From the human T2T-CHM13v2.0 reference genome, Homo sapiens, in the NCBI RefSeq assembly GCF_009914755.1, contig NC_060947.1: a stretch of DNA of 64,000 nt. The stretch is one strand, 5' to 3'. Positions 60,733 through 64,000 of the stretch are shown piece after piece. The notes under the pieces were generated by a model, which saw nothing but the letters and a program-made list of their open reading frames with translations, was not told the DNA's origin and ran no database searches. A program made the position numbers and the translations under genes. How positions within the stretch are numbered: position 1 is the stretch's first letter; each line of letters opens with the position of its first letter.

Positions 60733-61400
60733 GCAGCTAGGATGCAGGGCACCAAGTCCCAAGGCTGCACACAGTAGGGGGCCCTGGGCCCAGCCCATGA
60801 AACCATTTTTCCCTCCCAAGCCTCTGGGCAAGTGATGGGAGTGGCTGCTGCCAATATCTCTGACATGCCCCGGAGACATTTTCCCCATTATCCTGGCAAT
60901 TAACATTTGGCTCCTGGTTACTTATACAAATTTCTGCAGCAGGCTTGAATTTCTTTCCAGAAAATGGGTTGTTTTTTTCTATTGCATTGTCAGGCTGCAA
61001 GTTTTCCAAACTTTTAAGATCTGCTTTCCTTTTAAACATAAGTTCCAATTTCAGATAATCTTTCTCAAGTTCAAAGTTCCACAGATCTCTAGGGCAGGGG
61101 CAAAATGCTTCCAGTCTCTTTGCTAAAGCATAGCAAGAGTGACCTTTACTCTAGTTCCCAACAAGTTCCTCATCTCCATCTGAGATCGCCTCAGCCTAGA
61201 CTTCATTGTCAACATCACTATCAGCATTTTGGTCAAAACCATTCAACAAGTCTCTAGGAAGTTCCAAACTTTCCCCCATCTTCCAGTCTTCTTTTGAGCC
61301 CTCCAAACTGTTCCAACCTCTGCCTGTTATCCAGTTCCAAAGTTGCTTCCACATTTTCAAGTATCTTTATAGCAATACCCTACTCTCAGTACCAATTTTC
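60733..61400 (-). mobile_element. THE1/MST MaLR internal fragment
   Basis: MaLR ORF peptide ELMFKRKA.LKSLENLQPDNAIEK.NPFSG.KFKPAAEICIS. Confidence 0.9.
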
Positions 61401-61763
61401 TTTATTAGTCCATTCTCACACTGATATAAAGAACTGCCTGAGACTGGGTAATTTATACAGAAAAGAGGTTTAATTGACTCACAGTTCTGCATGGCTGGGG
61501 AGGCCTCAGGAAACTTACAATTATGGCGATAGGGAAAGCACACACACCTTACATGGTGCCAGGTGAGAGACAGCATGCAAGAGCAGGGAAAATTACCTTA
61601 TAAAACCATCAGATCTTGTGAGAACTCACTCACTATCATAAGAACAGCATGAGGGAAACTGCCCACATGATCCAATCATCTCTCACCGAGTCTCTCCCTC
61701 AACACCTGGGGATTACAATTCAAGATGCAATTTAGGTGGGGACACAAAGCCTTAACCTTATCA
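61401..61763 (-). mobile_element. THE1/MST 5' LTR
   Basis: 'tattagtccattctcacactg.tataaagaactgcctgagactggg...gggacacaaagcc'. Confidence 0.9.
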
Positions 61764-61769
61764 TAACTG

Positions 61770-62160
61770 AACAGTTCAGGGAGGTATTTGGTATCAGCAT
61801 CAAGGTGCTCCAGCCAGGTCATGAGGAACCTGTCTCTATCTCTTGGTTCTTTCTCTATGTTGGTGTTGTTCTCAGCCAAGCTCTTTCCAAATGATAGGAA
61901 AGATGGGCACCAACAGCACTAGGCTTGAATCCTGCCACCTTAGCAACCCTAGAAGGAAAATACTTTCTTTACCAATAATTTTAGTTTATAGCTTGAGGGT
62001 CATTCTTGTTGACCAAGCCTGGGTCATCTGCCTTTCTGTGGAATCAGAGGGATGGCTTCAGTCTCATGTAAATCACGTAAACTGAGAATGATGGAGAGGT
62101 TGTTTTCTGAAGGAAATTCAGGGTGTTATTACCAAAGGAAGGGGTAACGGACTAACAAAC
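61770..62160. mobile_element. old MLT1(J/K)-type LTR
   Basis: 'aagatgggcaccaacagc...ccttagcaaccc...gcctgggtca...gggtgttattacca'. Confidence 0.55.
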
Positions 62161-62811
62161 ACAAAGATTTAGCTTCCTTATTGTGGCATCACATAGGCTG
62201 AATGACTCCTTTTGGGTTGGTCAATTACTTTCATTGTTTGGATGGTCTTGTTACCTGTGAGCTTCCTAGCTTTTGTTAAAAATAGGGCCTTGCCCTTCTT
62301 GTTTTCACTGTGTTGTAGACAACAGGATTGAATGTGAAATAATAAAAGATCTTGAGTTCATTCTCAGGTTCATTTTGTGCCCCTCATTCTCTCACCTTAT
62401 ACACAATAAATATTCTCTCAGTATGAAGGGTAAGTTCTATGATATCACTGTGAGAACAGTATAGTGTCATGAAGAGCTAAGGACAATTATTTTCTTGAAT
62501 ATATGGAGGCCCACTAGACCCACAAGATCTAGTCATGACCAGAAAAACAGTTGATGGGAAGACAATTCTCTCCATGTGTTATCTTGGAGACTAGAACTAA
62601 AATTTTTACCACCTCTTCAGAAATCTCCTATCTATTTTCTACCCTACTTATTACAGTGAGTCTTCATGCAATGGGGGACAGGATATACATTCTAAAGTCT
62701 GGAAGATCAAATAGGGTTATGGACTTGTGGAATCAGGGATAGGTCCAGCTCCAGTACCCACAGCCACTGGAGCACACTTTTCATATCTTCTGCAATAGTA
62801 AAGATATTCCT

Positions 62812-63126
62812 AGCTGGACACTCTGGCTCATGCCTGTAATCCACAAATCTTGGGAGGGCTGAGGAGGCTGAGGCAGGAGGATCTCTTGAGCACAGAAGTT
62901 CAAGACCAGCCTAGGCAACATAGTGAGACCTCATCTCTACTAAAAATTGAAAAAAAAAAATAGCTGGGTGTGGTGATTCATGTCTGTGATCCTAGCTGCT
63001 CAGGAGGCTGAGGCGGGAGGATCACTTGGGCCCAGGGAGTTGAGGATACAGTGAGCTGTGATCATGCCACTGGACTCCAGCCTGGAAAACAGAGCAAGAC
63101 CGTGACTTAAGAAAGAAAAAAAAAAA
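62812..63126 (+). mobile_element. AluJ
   Basis: 'gggaggatcacttgggcccagggagttgagg..cagtgagctgtgatc'; TSD aaagatattcct at 62800-62811 and 63124-63135. Confidence 0.94.
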
Positions 63127-64000
63127 GATATTCCTTTCATTCGTAAGGATCCAGTCAAGGAAATGCCGAATGGGGCTGATGCCATGTAGTTGGCAAGAAG
63201 ATCCCCTGCCCCTGGTATACTGCTGACAACTGTCTTGTTGCCAGTGAAAGAAGTGTGGGTGAGGGAAGGGAAATCATTACCAATGGTTTCACCTTCATTT
63301 AGACCAGATTGAACATATTATGATACAAATGTTAATGTATCATGGAAATAGAGTTATTGACAATTCTCAGCAGTGGCTGAAGCGTGCACAGGATGCTGAA
63401 CACTTTTCCTTTGGCTGACATTTTGCAAATAGTTTGAACTGGGGAAGACAAAGAGGAAGAAGGGCCAGGAGATCATATTATCATCACAGAGATTTTTTCA
63501 TGCCTGTTCAAGCTGTCACTAGTTAATTGTATTCAGCTCTTGTCACCATTGGTAAAGGAGGGCAACTGGAATTATAAATACGAAAATTTCAAGCTTTTTA
63601 ATTCATTTGTAACCAAAGATCAACTGACTGAAACAACTGGGCTTGTATTTTAAATAGCTTTTTGGCATCCTTCCACCACCTAATACAATACAGATAATTC
63701 CCTGACAACGTGCCAGAGATAATGCAATTATCACTGAGTTTCTTTAGACATGTTTTGTATTACCTATTTAAAAGAATCCTATTTCCTTGATGTAATCTAA
63801 TCTATCTTGGATCTCACTATCCTAAATGAGACAGATAGTTTAAAGACAAAAGGATGAACTGAGGATGGGCTAAGGTACTTGCTACGTCTGCCTCCACTGT
63901 GAGACAGCTCTTCCGTGTAATCTAGGTCACTAAGGAGGCCACAGCCCCCAGCTCTACATTCCCATGCCCCTAGGGACATCTGTGGTAGCTTCAGGCTATT

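Overview
This is primate (most likely human or great-ape) non-coding DNA, intronic or intergenic. The assignment rests on AluY, L1PA2/3, MER41B and THE1 elements. I find no supportable host-gene exon, RNA gene or CpG island. Every ORF with recognisable homology comes from a transposon (L1 ORF1/ORF2, HERV-L pol, MaLR, L2, CR1); the rest look like microsatellite or chance ORFs. The window is a dense record of retrotransposition and repair, and several structures are readable at base level: three independent twin-primed (5'-inverted) L1s with TSDs, two with probable short 3' transductions; a TSD-flanked L1PA7-like element with an intact 5'UTR and a ~3.5 kb internal deletion; a MER41B LTR with a perfect STAT1 GAS site just upstream of a ~6 kb nested L1 fold-back; a perfect 55-bp inverted repeat inside an old L1; a 24-bp perfect palindrome; a ~275-bp local duplication; and several templated-insertion scars. 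I see no evidence for a genuinely new biological system. The MER41B/fold-back dsRNA idea is the most speculative testable hypothesis. Subfamily calls and old-repeat boundaries are by eye from remembered consensus sequences and are approximate.
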